Of a stretch of 64,000 bases of DNA, positions 36,505 to 46,669 are shown one piece after another. The position numbers and the translations under genes were made by a program. The notes below the pieces were generated by a model. It did no database searches, was not told where the DNA came from, and was given only the letters and a program-made list of their open reading frames with translations. The first letter of the stretch is position 1; each line of letters begins with the position of its first letter. Source of the stretch: Phyllosticta citribraziliensis (lineage: Eukaryota); assembly GCF_038025025.1 (NCBI RefSeq), contig NW_027117346.1, positions 1 to 64,000 of the forward strand, written 5' to 3'.

Positions 36505-37275
36505 ATGCCACCCCGAAAACCTCCGATGCCGTCCCCTCTTGCTCATTTTTTGAAACTCACCAGGACTATCCATCCTAGGGTGCCAACTGAGCGCGGTTTC
36601 TTCGGCAAACTACCCATGGAAATGATGCTCGCAATCTTTGAGCACTTGGAGTACGGCTCCGCGATTTTCCTTGCTGCGACGAACCACTACTTCAGGAGCC
36701 TGGTCGATCCCATAGCGGTCGTATCAGAAGAGCGTAAAGCGAAGTTCGTGTACTATTCAGAGGTGTTCAAGAGGCGCGAATTCGGCTATGCTTGCTTTGG
36801 CTGCTACCGACTCAGGCCAGAGCAGTGCTTCATGCCCTTCTTTACTCCCAAGCAACTCAAGAGCAATGCCAGCGACCGTGAGTGGCTGCCATGGCAATTC
36901 TGCGCGGACTGTGCAAAGGTGAACCCGATAACCATTCCCCATTCTCCCACGCGCGTGGCGAACAGTTCCAAGTTCCTTGAATCGATCGACGATGGATCCG
37001 CCGCATCGAGCGGAGCTGAGGCATCCGCAACGGGCGAAGAGTCAGACTTTGCAGTTTGGGACTGCGACAGCTGCTATAAAGAAGAAAATATCAACATGTA
37101 CGCGGGTGGCTATTATGTCTGGATTCATCACGGGGGCTGCCCAAAATGTAACCACTGTGTTCTTTGGGCTAGCGATGTGACAGGCGAGTTTCCGATGGCA
37201 GACAGCGACCGCTCTGACGACTGCCCTTCGTGCAAATGTCGTGCCCTTCCTTTCAGAAATCTAGGCATCAGATGA
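36505..37275 (+). CDS. F-box protein with Cys-rich C-terminus, paralog B (in-frame upstream ATG at 36493 also possible)
   Basis: FGKLPMEMMLAIFEHLEYGSAIFLAATNHYFRSLV, then CFGC, CADC, CDSC, HGGCPKCNHC and CPSC. Colinear with paralog A. Confidence 0.85.
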   Translation: MPPRKPPMPSPLAHFLKLTRTIHPRVPTERGFFGKLPMEMMLAIFEHLEYGSAIFLAATNHYFRSLVDPIAVVSEERKAKFVYYSEVFKRREFGYACFGCYRLRPEQCFMPFFTPKQLKSNASDREWLPWQFCADCAKVNPITIPHSPTRVANSSKFLESIDDGSAASSGAEASATGEESDFAVWDCDSCYKEENINMYAGGYYVWIHHGGCPKCNHCVLWASDVTGEFPMADSDRSDDCPSCKCRALPFRNLGIR

Positions 37276-37646
37276 GGGCGCCGCAGGAAATACTTCCGGA
37301 ATGGTCTTGGATAGGTAGCAGCTTGTAGAATACTTCAAAGAAATCGAGCCTGCTGAGATCACTGAGAGGAGATGCTATCCAATGCAATTTCTCCTCCCAT
37401 CATATCCACTGTGAAATATTTCCCTTCCGACTCACGGCTGCACCACAGTGGGAGTTGAAAGACGTAAGACTCCCTGGGTCTGGCTGCAGCAATGAACAAC
37501 CACTCCCGTTTCGCACTCACTTTTCCAACAGGTCTCAATTTGTTCAACACCCACTGTGACGATGTCTGACCAAGCCACAGCAGGTCGAAACCCAAGCTCG
37601 CGTGGAAGCACAACCAACTCGACACACAAGCCCAAGTTCCTTCTTC

Positions 37647-38663
37647 TTACACACACCACTCCCTCACAGCCCTCAGCACCTCCTCCGGCGCCTCCTCCGG
37701 CACATAATGCCCACTATCCACCGCCCACCCATCCAACTCCACGCCCTCCTCCACAACCCTGCCCCACTCCTTCAGCGCATCGAAAAACATCTCAACGACG
37801 CCCTTCTTCCCCCACAGCACACGCAGCGGCACCGAGATCCTGCGGCCACCCTCGCCGCGGTCTTGCGCCTGCACGTCGCAATCCACGCCGCGCGCGGCGC
37901 GGTAGTCCTCGCACATGGCCGTGATGCTCTCCGGGCGCCGGAACGCCGCCGCGTAGCTCGCCAGCGCGAGGGGGTGGAAGAAGGGGTGTGGCTTTGCCTG
38001 GTCGGTGGCGGCGCCATTGTCGTTGCCGTCATCGCCGGAGACGAGGACGTCGTTCTTGAGGCCGCCCATGAGCAGGCGCAGCCAGTCGGCCGGCGCGGCG
38101 CTCATGACGCGCTCGGGCAGCGGGTGCGGCTGGACGAGGAAGAACCAGTGCCAGTAGCGCGCGGCGAAGGCGGCGTCGGCCGCGTCGAACATGGCCAGCG
38201 TGGGGCAGATGTCGAGGAGGATCATGCGGCGGACGGCCGTTGGGTGGTTGAGGGCGAGCGCGTGGGATACGCGTGCGCCGCGGTCGTGGCCGACGAGGAA
38301 GAACGGTGCGGGAGAGTCGGGCGAAGTGCCAGAGGGCCGCAGCGCTGCGGCTACTTTGATTACATCGAGCGCCATGGCGTCTTTGCTGTAGAAGGCGTTG
38401 TTGGGGGAGGCGGGCGCCGCATCGCTGAGCCCGTAGCCGCGTAGGTCGGGGATGATGACGTGGTAGCTGCTGCTCAGGGTGGGCGCGACGCGGTGCCAGA
38501 TGGCGTGGGTTTGGGGGAAGCCATGGAGCAAGACGAGCGGGGGCAGCGAGGTGTTGGAGGAGTGGATGCCACGGATCGTGATGGGCGGGTCGGAAGAGGT
38601 GGTAACGGCAAAGGAGGCGAAGCTGGGGAACAGAGTTGCGTCGATGGTTGATGTCGAAGTCAT
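37647..38663 (-). CDS. Alpha/beta hydrolase, fluoroacetate/haloacetate dehalogenase-like
   Basis: LLHGFPQTHAIW, PDLRGYG, GHDRGARV (Asp nucleophile plus two Arg), YWHWFF, CEDYRAA and SGHYVPEEAP. Intronless. Confidence 0.9.
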   Translation of the reverse strand: MTSTSTIDATLFPSFASFAVTTSSDPPITIRGIHSSNTSLPPLVLLHGFPQTHAIWHRVAPTLSSSYHVIIPDLRGYGLSDAAPASPNNAFYSKDAMALDVIKVAAALRPSGTSPDSPAPFFLVGHDRGARVSHALALNHPTAVRRMILLDICPTLAMFDAADAAFAARYWHWFFLVQPHPLPERVMSAAPADWLRLLMGGLKNDVLVSGDDGNDNGAATDQAKPHPFFHPLALASYAAAFRRPESITAMCEDYRAARGVDCDVQAQDRGEGGRRISVPLRVLWGKKGVVEMFFDALKEWGRVVEEGVELDGWAVDSGHYVPEEAPEEVLRAVREWCV

Positions 38664-39901
38664 TGTGGAAGGACCTCTGCTTTCTTTTTCAGGCGAGGCG
38701 GAATATTGCGCTCTTGAAGGACTGAAGAGCAGTCTTTAGGAATGTTTTCTCCTTGCTCTTATATCTGACGAAATTCTTCGCACTTCCGTAGAAATAATCG
38801 ACGCGCTGCCGTTTTATCCGAATCTCTTGATTCCTCAGCTCTTGAAAATTGTTTGGCGAATGACGGGCGACGACCGCGTGTAGATGGTTTGGAGATGTCT
38901 GACATCGAACAGCGACGGAGGAGACGACGTTGATGTACGGTCACGTCATTGGCTGCGGGGATGACTTGACCAGGTTCCCGCTTGATTGTTCTGCCGAGGA
39001 TGACCAGGATGGCCGGACGTACGGAGACCCGAGGAAGCGCGGCGCGAAGACAGCTTTGAAAGCAGGTCGAGAAGGCTTGCGACTTACATACGACCGTACT
39101 ATTTCCACAAAGTCGAATGTCTATTAGGTTGGTAAGAAGACCGAGAACCGCGTTGCTGGTGTCGGCACAGCAAACTGGCCAATCGGACCGTAGATTCGAT
39201 TTAGCGGCACCCGTCCAAGTTGCAGATTTCAAGACCTAAGAGTAGCAGCGTAAAGTTGGAGACTGAGCGCATTTGAAGGCTTTGATCCGGAGAAGCGAGA
39301 TTATGGTCCTTTGAACTCGGCTTTCAACCAGGTTGTGAGAAGGCCGAGTCGTAGACATAACATTGCAAGTTTTGCCTCATTTCATCGCCCTGCTTCAATA
39401 TTCGTCTTTATCTTCTTCTTGGCCCCTCAACTTTTCCTCGCATTTCAATCGTTGGAGTTCCATCTCGATGGATTTGATTTCGGCATGTTCTTGACGGTTG
39501 GGTGAGACTTTGCTCATCGCTCAACCCGGCCTTTATCCACTACTTCCGCAATCTTGCCATCAAGCGACTTCTGTGCCGGCTAGATATAAACACAGGTTTG
39601 GCGGTGCTTCAAGCATGCACAGCCTGCGATATCGCAGCATGTGCTCGGAAAACGATATCCGTTGGTCATTAGAGGCTGACGGTGGCGATGGGGCGGATCG
39701 CCTTTTCCAGACACGCCTGTCCACTTGACGTGCTGTGTTGGACAGCGACTGCCGGGCCAGACTGCACAGGCTTCGCACAGGCTTCGATGCCTTGTGCGAC
39801 AGTTTCAACCTGATGGCTGAAGCATTGGGGCGTCTTGAACCGCAGATTCAAGTGGGCGGTATCAACTGGACAGCAGTCTTCACAAACTGGTGTTGGAGGC
39901 T

Positions 39902-42408
39902 TCAAATTTCCTTCTCCTAGTTACCGTGTGAGTTGTGTATGAGACATGGAACGGGTCGCTCTTACCGCGTAAGGATTATACGCATAGTCCGCTACAGGGT
40001 AGAGCGTCAGTATATGCTTGAGGATGCGTGAGGAAAATGACTCACCATTCAAGCTTCCCCAGGTGACCTGTCCAAAAATGTCCAAAGAATTCACAGTTGG
40101 ATCGCCCAGCCACGGATCGAGCTGACTCTGCAGCATCTGCGTATCTGTAAAGGCCGGTAAAGTCGGTTCCGCATACATGTTTGGTTCCGGCCACTGCGGC
40201 GCGTCAAATGACACAGCAGGCGGCGAAAAGGTGAACTGCGGTGTGGTGACGGATGGGGTTTGAAAAGGCATGGAGAGAGTGGTGGGCGGGCCCGGTACAC
40301 TCTGTGATGTCGCAGTGGTCGCAGGGGTCGATAAAGAAAATTGATGGTGTCGGCCGTCCATGTTCATCTGCGACGCATCACTTGCGTTGAAATCGGTGCT
40401 GTTGGAGAGTCCAAAATTGGTGTTTTGCAAAATGGCGCGTGTCGTCTCGTAATGGTTGTTCTCATTGCTGCCAAGATGCCCTGTCAGCGCTTGGTGAATC
40501 GATTCGGGAGGGGTAAGGTCCGTGTTGAAATACCCGTTGCCGTGGCTGGAAGTCGAGTATTTGGTTCTCTTGGAGTTTTGCATTTCTTCAGCATCTGGTC
40601 CGCGTTTGTTGTGTGGAGGTGTCGAACGCCTGCCAGGGGCGCCGGACTTCAAGTCTGCGACCAGATTGGAAAGTGCTTTGTAGTAGTTTTTGGCAGTGTT
40701 CCAGTGCCCGGCCATAAGTCTGAGTATTGCAAGAACTTTCTCAATATCTCTGCATCATTGTTAGAAAATGTAAGATCGTGAACTGCTGTAGCAAGGCTTA
40801 CGCGAATCCCTTCTCAGGAGGATAGAATTTCAGTTGGCACGCGAATACCAAGATCAGACCTGCCATCCAGGCCGCTGACAGCAGCTCGGGAAGGAAAAAA
40901 GGTTGTCTTAGTGCTAGTTGCATTTCCAAGGCCTTGACGACGGTTCTACTTGCATTGATACAGATTTGCAAGCTGGCAGCGAATTCTGGCGACGTCGATG
41001 GAAGCGAAAGGCAGGGCCTATTGACCAGGAAGAGAAGTTGTTGGTAGAGGACGGTAAATAGAGGAACGAAGCTAACGGTGGCCTCTGCCGAGGGCTCGCC
41101 ATTGGGAATGCGGACATATTCAGTCGACACCAACTTTGGAGGCAAGGAGTTCCACCAGGCATGAATGTCTGCGGTGATGTACAGGATCTTGCTGTGGTCG
41201 ACGGATCGCACGTGGATGGATTTGTGAAAGAGCTCGACCGCACGACCGGTCAGTCTGCTGTATCCGACCAGGCCAGCGAGAACAATGTCTCGATGCTCTT
41301 CTTGGTGGCTGCGGCCCTGGGCCTCCATGACCTGCTGATCATACATGGATCTTTGCATATCATTGTTGATCGCGGGGGTCGAAGAATGTTGCGAGCCAGA
41401 GTGGCTGAGGGGAGTCGAGTCGGAAGTGGAGCGTCGAATGGCAAGACTGTGGTGTTCTTGGCCCGGGAAGCACACATCAATGTCGGAATCTTGAAAGCCA
41501 AGCGGGATCCCGAGGCCTTGGCTCACATATCTGTCGACAACATAGGCGCTCCAGAAAAGACGCTTGCGCAGATCGCGGTCCCGATCGGCCAATTGCGCAT
41601 AACGGTTTGGACAGCGATGCAGGCCCGAATGGAAAATGGACTTGACCAACAGGCCACCGATTGCAGAGGCAGACCGAAAAGATCCTTTGGTGATAAAGTA
41701 CAGTTGTGCAGCAAAGAGGGCTTGCAGGCTGTGAAGATCTTGTTTGGTGGAGAGCGAGCTCAGGGAGAAAATTAGGCTATTTGCTGACTCGATGCGCGCG
41801 TAGCGAGGCAAGAGCTCTTTCGAAATGCCGGCCTGCGCGATGTTGAAGACACACTGCGAGATGATGGCACGGCAGCACCTATGTCGATCCGGCTCATCCT
41901 CTTCGGGAAATGGTAGATTTTTGGATGGGTCATACAAGACTTTAATCTCTTGCAAAAAGGTCGGTCCGTGTAGGAAAGGAAAAAGGGGGTGCCACAGCTT
42001 GAAATACACAACGAGAAGCTGTTTCGTGGTGGCAGCATCGGGAGGCCGGCCAATTCCTGGAGGAGCGGCTACGTAGGAGGGTCCGCGGGGAATGGAGGGG
42101 GCAACTTGTGCGGCGGCAGGGGTCGGCCTAGCAGGGCTGGATGGTGTACTGTTGGCACCGTCACCGAGAAGGAAATCCTCCAAGGGACCGGCCTTTTCCT
42201 GGTCGGGATCCAAAGGGACATGGTGAGGATCCTGATATGGAAGCGTTTGGTCTTTGGATGCTTTGAAGGCATTCCGGACGGTGTTGACAAAGCAGATGCC
42301 AGTCGAGGAGCCCAGGAAGCTGCTTTCGTCTGCTGACAGAGATCGAAGGGTGCCGAGTTCGACGATGGGCATGGGTTCACCCATACCGGGCCAGCGCAAA
42401 CGATCCAC
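39902..42408 (-). CDS. Fungal-specific transcription factor (Fungal_trans middle-homology domain); 5' end unresolved
   Basis: FLGSSTG, YFKLWHPLFPFLHGPTF, GLHRCP and RKRLFWSAYVVDRYVSQGLGIPLGFQDSDIDV. The ORF splices near 40800 to the 40715 exon, and small terminal exons end EKEI* at 39902. Confidence 0.85.
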
Positions 42409-43163
42409 GTCCGAGGCAGGTGTTGCGAGAGGGAACCAGCATGTGGAGCGGTGGTGAAAATCAGGGGAGCGGCATGGTTTAGTTTCGCAAAGTGTCAGTC
42501 TGGACGAACGAGATGGCGGTTCGGGCTGGCCCGTTCAATCTGACAGGCTTCGGGGGCGGAAGATGCGCCGAGTCCCGCCCTTTTCGTGGTTTCTTTTTCT
42601 TCGAATCAGCCGCAGCTGAGCCAGGCAGAGAGCGAGATTGGTGAGGACAAAAGCGGATTTGAATTGACAAAAATCGATCCGGTGTTGACCTCTTCGCTTC
42701 AAAGTTGAGCCAGCATCCTGGTCGGCCGGCCGGCATGCAGGAGCAGGGGTCCACGGAAGTGTATTTTTTTCTCTTAACGATCCATCGCGCGGCCGGGCCC
42801 TGTGGGCGGTTGGTCAGAGGTTGAGGGCTGGCAGTGGGCGGTGTTCTAGCCTTTGTCGAGGGTTCCCGTCTTCACATGAAAGGGCTCTCATGACGTCGAC
42901 GACAGGCGTTCCTGCGTCAAGTTCGTGGCCGATAAGCCCTGGGCTATCACGAGCCGAGGCTCACGCAGTCGCCGATAATACATGTCCCTCGGATAATTGA
43001 TTCCACTCTACTCTCTTCTATACTCCCATTTCGAATCTTCTCTTCTCTATCATCGTTCTCTTCTACTACTCTTGCTTGTAGACTTTTGCTTTCCAGCGAT
43101 TTCTCTTCTACCACCGCTACATCTCCCGATTTTGAAACTAGACCGAAAACCCAAGACACCACC

Positions 43164-44228
43164 ATGGCCAAGAGCAACCCTGGCGACTACGACGCCGTCC
43201 GCGAGGATATCAAGGCTCTCCTTCATCAGCCCGAGTACGATGATGGCTCTGCTGGTCCCGTACTCGTCCGTCTGGCCTGGTGCGTCCCCTCTCCTCCACA
43301 CTCAGCCCCTAGGGAGTGATCAGCACTTCGACCTCCAATCGCCACCTCGCAATTACCAAACACCACTAACCACCACCTCAGGCATTCCGCAGGTACCTAC
43401 GACGCCGAGACCGACACCGGCGGTAGCAATGGCGCCGGCATGCGCTACGAAGCCGAAGGAGGCGATCCCGCAAACGCAGGCCTCCAACATGCGCGCGTCT
43501 TCCTCGAGCCCGTCAAAGCCGCACACCCTTGGATAACATACGCCGACTTGTGGACGCTGGCCGGCGTGGTCGCCGTCGAGCAGATGGGCGGCCCTACCGT
43601 ACCCTGGCAGCCTGGCCGCACCGATTACGTCGACGACAGCAAGCTGCCACCGCAGGGGCGCCTGCCCGACGGTGCGCTGGGCGCGGACCACGTTCGCGCC
43701 ATATTCTACCGCATGGGGTTTAACGACCAGGAGATTGTGGCCTTGTCTGGAGCTCATAATTTGGGCCGGTGTCATGCGGATCGCAGTGGGTTTGATGGTG
43801 CGTGGGTCAACAACCCGACGCGTTTCAGCAACCAGTACTTCAAGTTGATGACGGGCGTTGAGTGGAAGGAAAAAACACTGCCCAGCGGCATTAAGCAGTT
43901 CTCATATGTTGATGAGGACTCGGAGGAGGAGCTCATGATGCTGCCGACGGACATGGCACTCCTGTTCGACGACAAGTTCAGGCCGTGGGTAGAAAAGTAC
44001 GCCAAGGACAAGGACGCCTTCTTTGCCGATTTCTCCAAGGTCTTCCACAAGCTGTTGGAGCTGGGAATTGAACGAGACGCCAGCGGGCGCATTGTCAACA
44101 CGGACAACGTGAAAGGCGGCTACCACTCGGCGCCGAAGAAGAAGAACGCTCCCGGTGCACCGGACAAGAGCAATGAGGAGGCAGACAAGTTGAGAAAAGA
44201 GAACGAGAAGTTTAGAGCGAGGTTGTAG
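43164..44228 (+). CDS. Class I heme peroxidase (cytochrome c peroxidase-like, Ccp2 type), probably peroxisomal
   Basis: [22 protein letters not shown] (intron about 43280-43381), [21 protein letters not shown] and LMMLPTD. The C-terminal ARL is a PTS1 variant; there is no mitochondrial presequence. Confidence 0.93.
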
Positions 44229-44819
44229 ACGTTGGTCAAAGTTTCCTTGCGAACAATTTTGCCTTTCAAGACGATGATGCTAGAAGGATGATACCACCTA
44301 GAGGAAGAAGCGTGCGGCTGCTTTGGCAAGATGAAGGCAAACGAGTATGACTTTCCACTCTTTTGGACAGTAAAGGCGTCAAGAGGCTGTATGTCTTTTG
44401 TTGTCTCAAATCAATTATTTCCCTTTCCTACTGACGCCTCTCTTCTGCTGGTGCATTACTTTCGCCATGTGCTTACCTCCGGGTTGAACAGGAAAGAGAG
44501 CGTGCTCCAGCTGTGCCTGTGCCCATTTTAGGAAACTGCACACCATCAGGGCTCTTGCCTGATTTCAAACTGGACGAAAGCTGTCTTCCTCGCTCGCCTG
44601 CTTCGACGGCCTCTAATCCCGATACCCAGACGCATCTTCGATTTGCATAGTGCTATACCATTCGTTCATACGTGCCTCTTATAGCCAACTTTCCTTGGAA
44701 TCACGAGCTTATCGCCCTCCGTTACTGAACACCAGCCATCATTTTCTTCGACGTGTCTTGATACGGTAAATCGGGCCTTCGAACCTTTGATTTTCCAACC
44801 AGAAGCCAAACTCTGAGCG

Positions 44820-46669
44820 ATGGCGCGCCCTCTGTCGCCCCCCTGGACGCTGAATTTGGAGATAATGAAGGTGGATGGTCCGCCACTGAGCCTAGAAGAG
44901 TGCCAGCGAACACAAGTAAGTCAAACCGACCAACCTGCGTCGAAAGATCACTGGAAGCAACTTTCACGGATCTAGGAGGGTTGGCTGATCCGACTTAGAC
45001 ATGCCTCGACTTCATGGAGGGCCTTCAGTGGCATTCCAGAGAGCCCATGTCCCCTTTCGACGAGAATATCAGAGACGCGCAGCATATCCTTGAACGTTTT
45101 CCATCGAAAATCAGAGGGGCTACATTGCTGCGTCTCCAGACAGTGGGATGGACTCCGGCTCTACTCGCCCAGACAGTATTGTTACTTAACAACTTCAAAC
45201 CCAGCAACATGTATCATTGGTACAAGTGCCGCAGGCATTTGTCTTCGAGATTGGAAGGCGCCGCGGCCTATGCCCAGCGAGCGGTAGACGCCTACGAAGA
45301 TGAATGCAGGTTCCGGAGGCTCCCTCGTCGCTGCACCAACTGCGAAATCAAACACCAGAGATGCTCCCTGCGCGATAATCCCAAGTCCAAAGGGCCATGC
45401 CTCACATGCAAACGTGATGGCGTTAAAGACGAACGTTGCACGCAGAAGTACAATTTGTATGCACCTACCGACCAAAAGCCAATTCTCGAATATCCGCCGT
45501 TGGGCTTTTTGCATCGTGAGCCGGGGCCAAGGCGACGAAAAAGGTCCGACGAGGCTGCGAGAAACTCTCTTCCTCTTAACGAGGACGTCTCCAGAGACAA
45601 TCGCTCGGGCGATATCGAGATGCGCGACTCCAGGCCGACCGCGGGTGGTGAAGAGTATTCGGCAGCCCCTCCGGAGGAAATGGACGATTTCGCCAAAAAG
45701 AGACGCATATCAGAAAGGGGTGAATTCATCTTCACCAGCCCAAAGTTGAATACGCGAACGCAACCCAGGATTCCGGAGGAAGTCGAAGGTCATCTCTCCA
45801 AATTGAGACACCAAGGCACGCAGACCGAGACTGCGCACGCCGGCCCTGAGCAGGTCCATACCAGGCACACCATGACTGAGCAAGTCGATACTGGACACGC
45901 TCATACTGAGCACACTGGATATTACCCGGACGACAATCTCGCCGACACTGCTTCAGCCGAGCAACACTTTGTCGACTCCCATTTCCGCAACTTTTCCTTT
46001 GCCAACCTGTTGAATACACCAACCCCTGGCGAGGGCGCTGGCTCCCAGCAGCCAAACTTCGGTCCCTCGAATGCTGTGAACCCCAACGGTGGTACCGCCA
46101 GCGGTGAATCTTCTATTTTGAACGAAACTCCTCCCGAGGTCCCCAGACCCGCTCCTCGCTTCACTGTTATCAATCCCGATCCACCCTCGCGCGATTCTGG
46201 AGGCGCCGCCGCAGGTTCATTCACTGCTCAACAGCCAAATAACGGTTCTTCCAATACTGGTGCCCCTGAAGATGGCCCCCCTGTCGATTCCCCTGCTGAC
46301 AATGGCGCCGTTGACCAGGAGGCTACGAATAGTCATGACGCTGCCAACGATGGGCAAGCCGATGGCCAAAACACCCAGGCTGAGGACAACAACGACTCTT
46401 TGACGTGGGAAGAGTTCGTGAATATGCCGCCAGATGAATTCGACTACATATTTGGCACCTTGAAGGATGAATTCCAGGCGCAGGATAATGGCCCCGTTGA
46501 GAATGGCCCTGTCGATAATGGCCCTATCGACAATGGCCCCGTCGACAATGGCCCCGTCGACAATGACCCCGTCGAGAACAAACCCGCCAGCGACGATGAT
46601 GCCTCCACCGACGGGCAAACCTATAACCCAAGCATTCCTGATGGTGATTCTCGCGACTGGTTCTCGTAG
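44820..46669 (+). CDS. Divergent Zn(II)2Cys6-like protein with a long acidic low-complexity tail (exons 44820-44915, 44999-46669)
   Basis: RRCTNCEIKHQRCSLRDNPKSKGPCLTCKRDGVKDERC matches the C-x2-C-x6-C-xn-C-x2-C-xn-C spacing. An upstream exon joins in frame via gtaagt...ttag. Confidence 0.7.
46484..46573 (+). repeat. Coding 15-bp minisatellite, 6 units (D/E-N-G/D-P-V/I)
   Basis: gataatggccccgtt gagaatggccctgtc gataatggccctatc gacaatggccccgtc x2 gacaatgaccccgtc. Confidence 0.92.
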
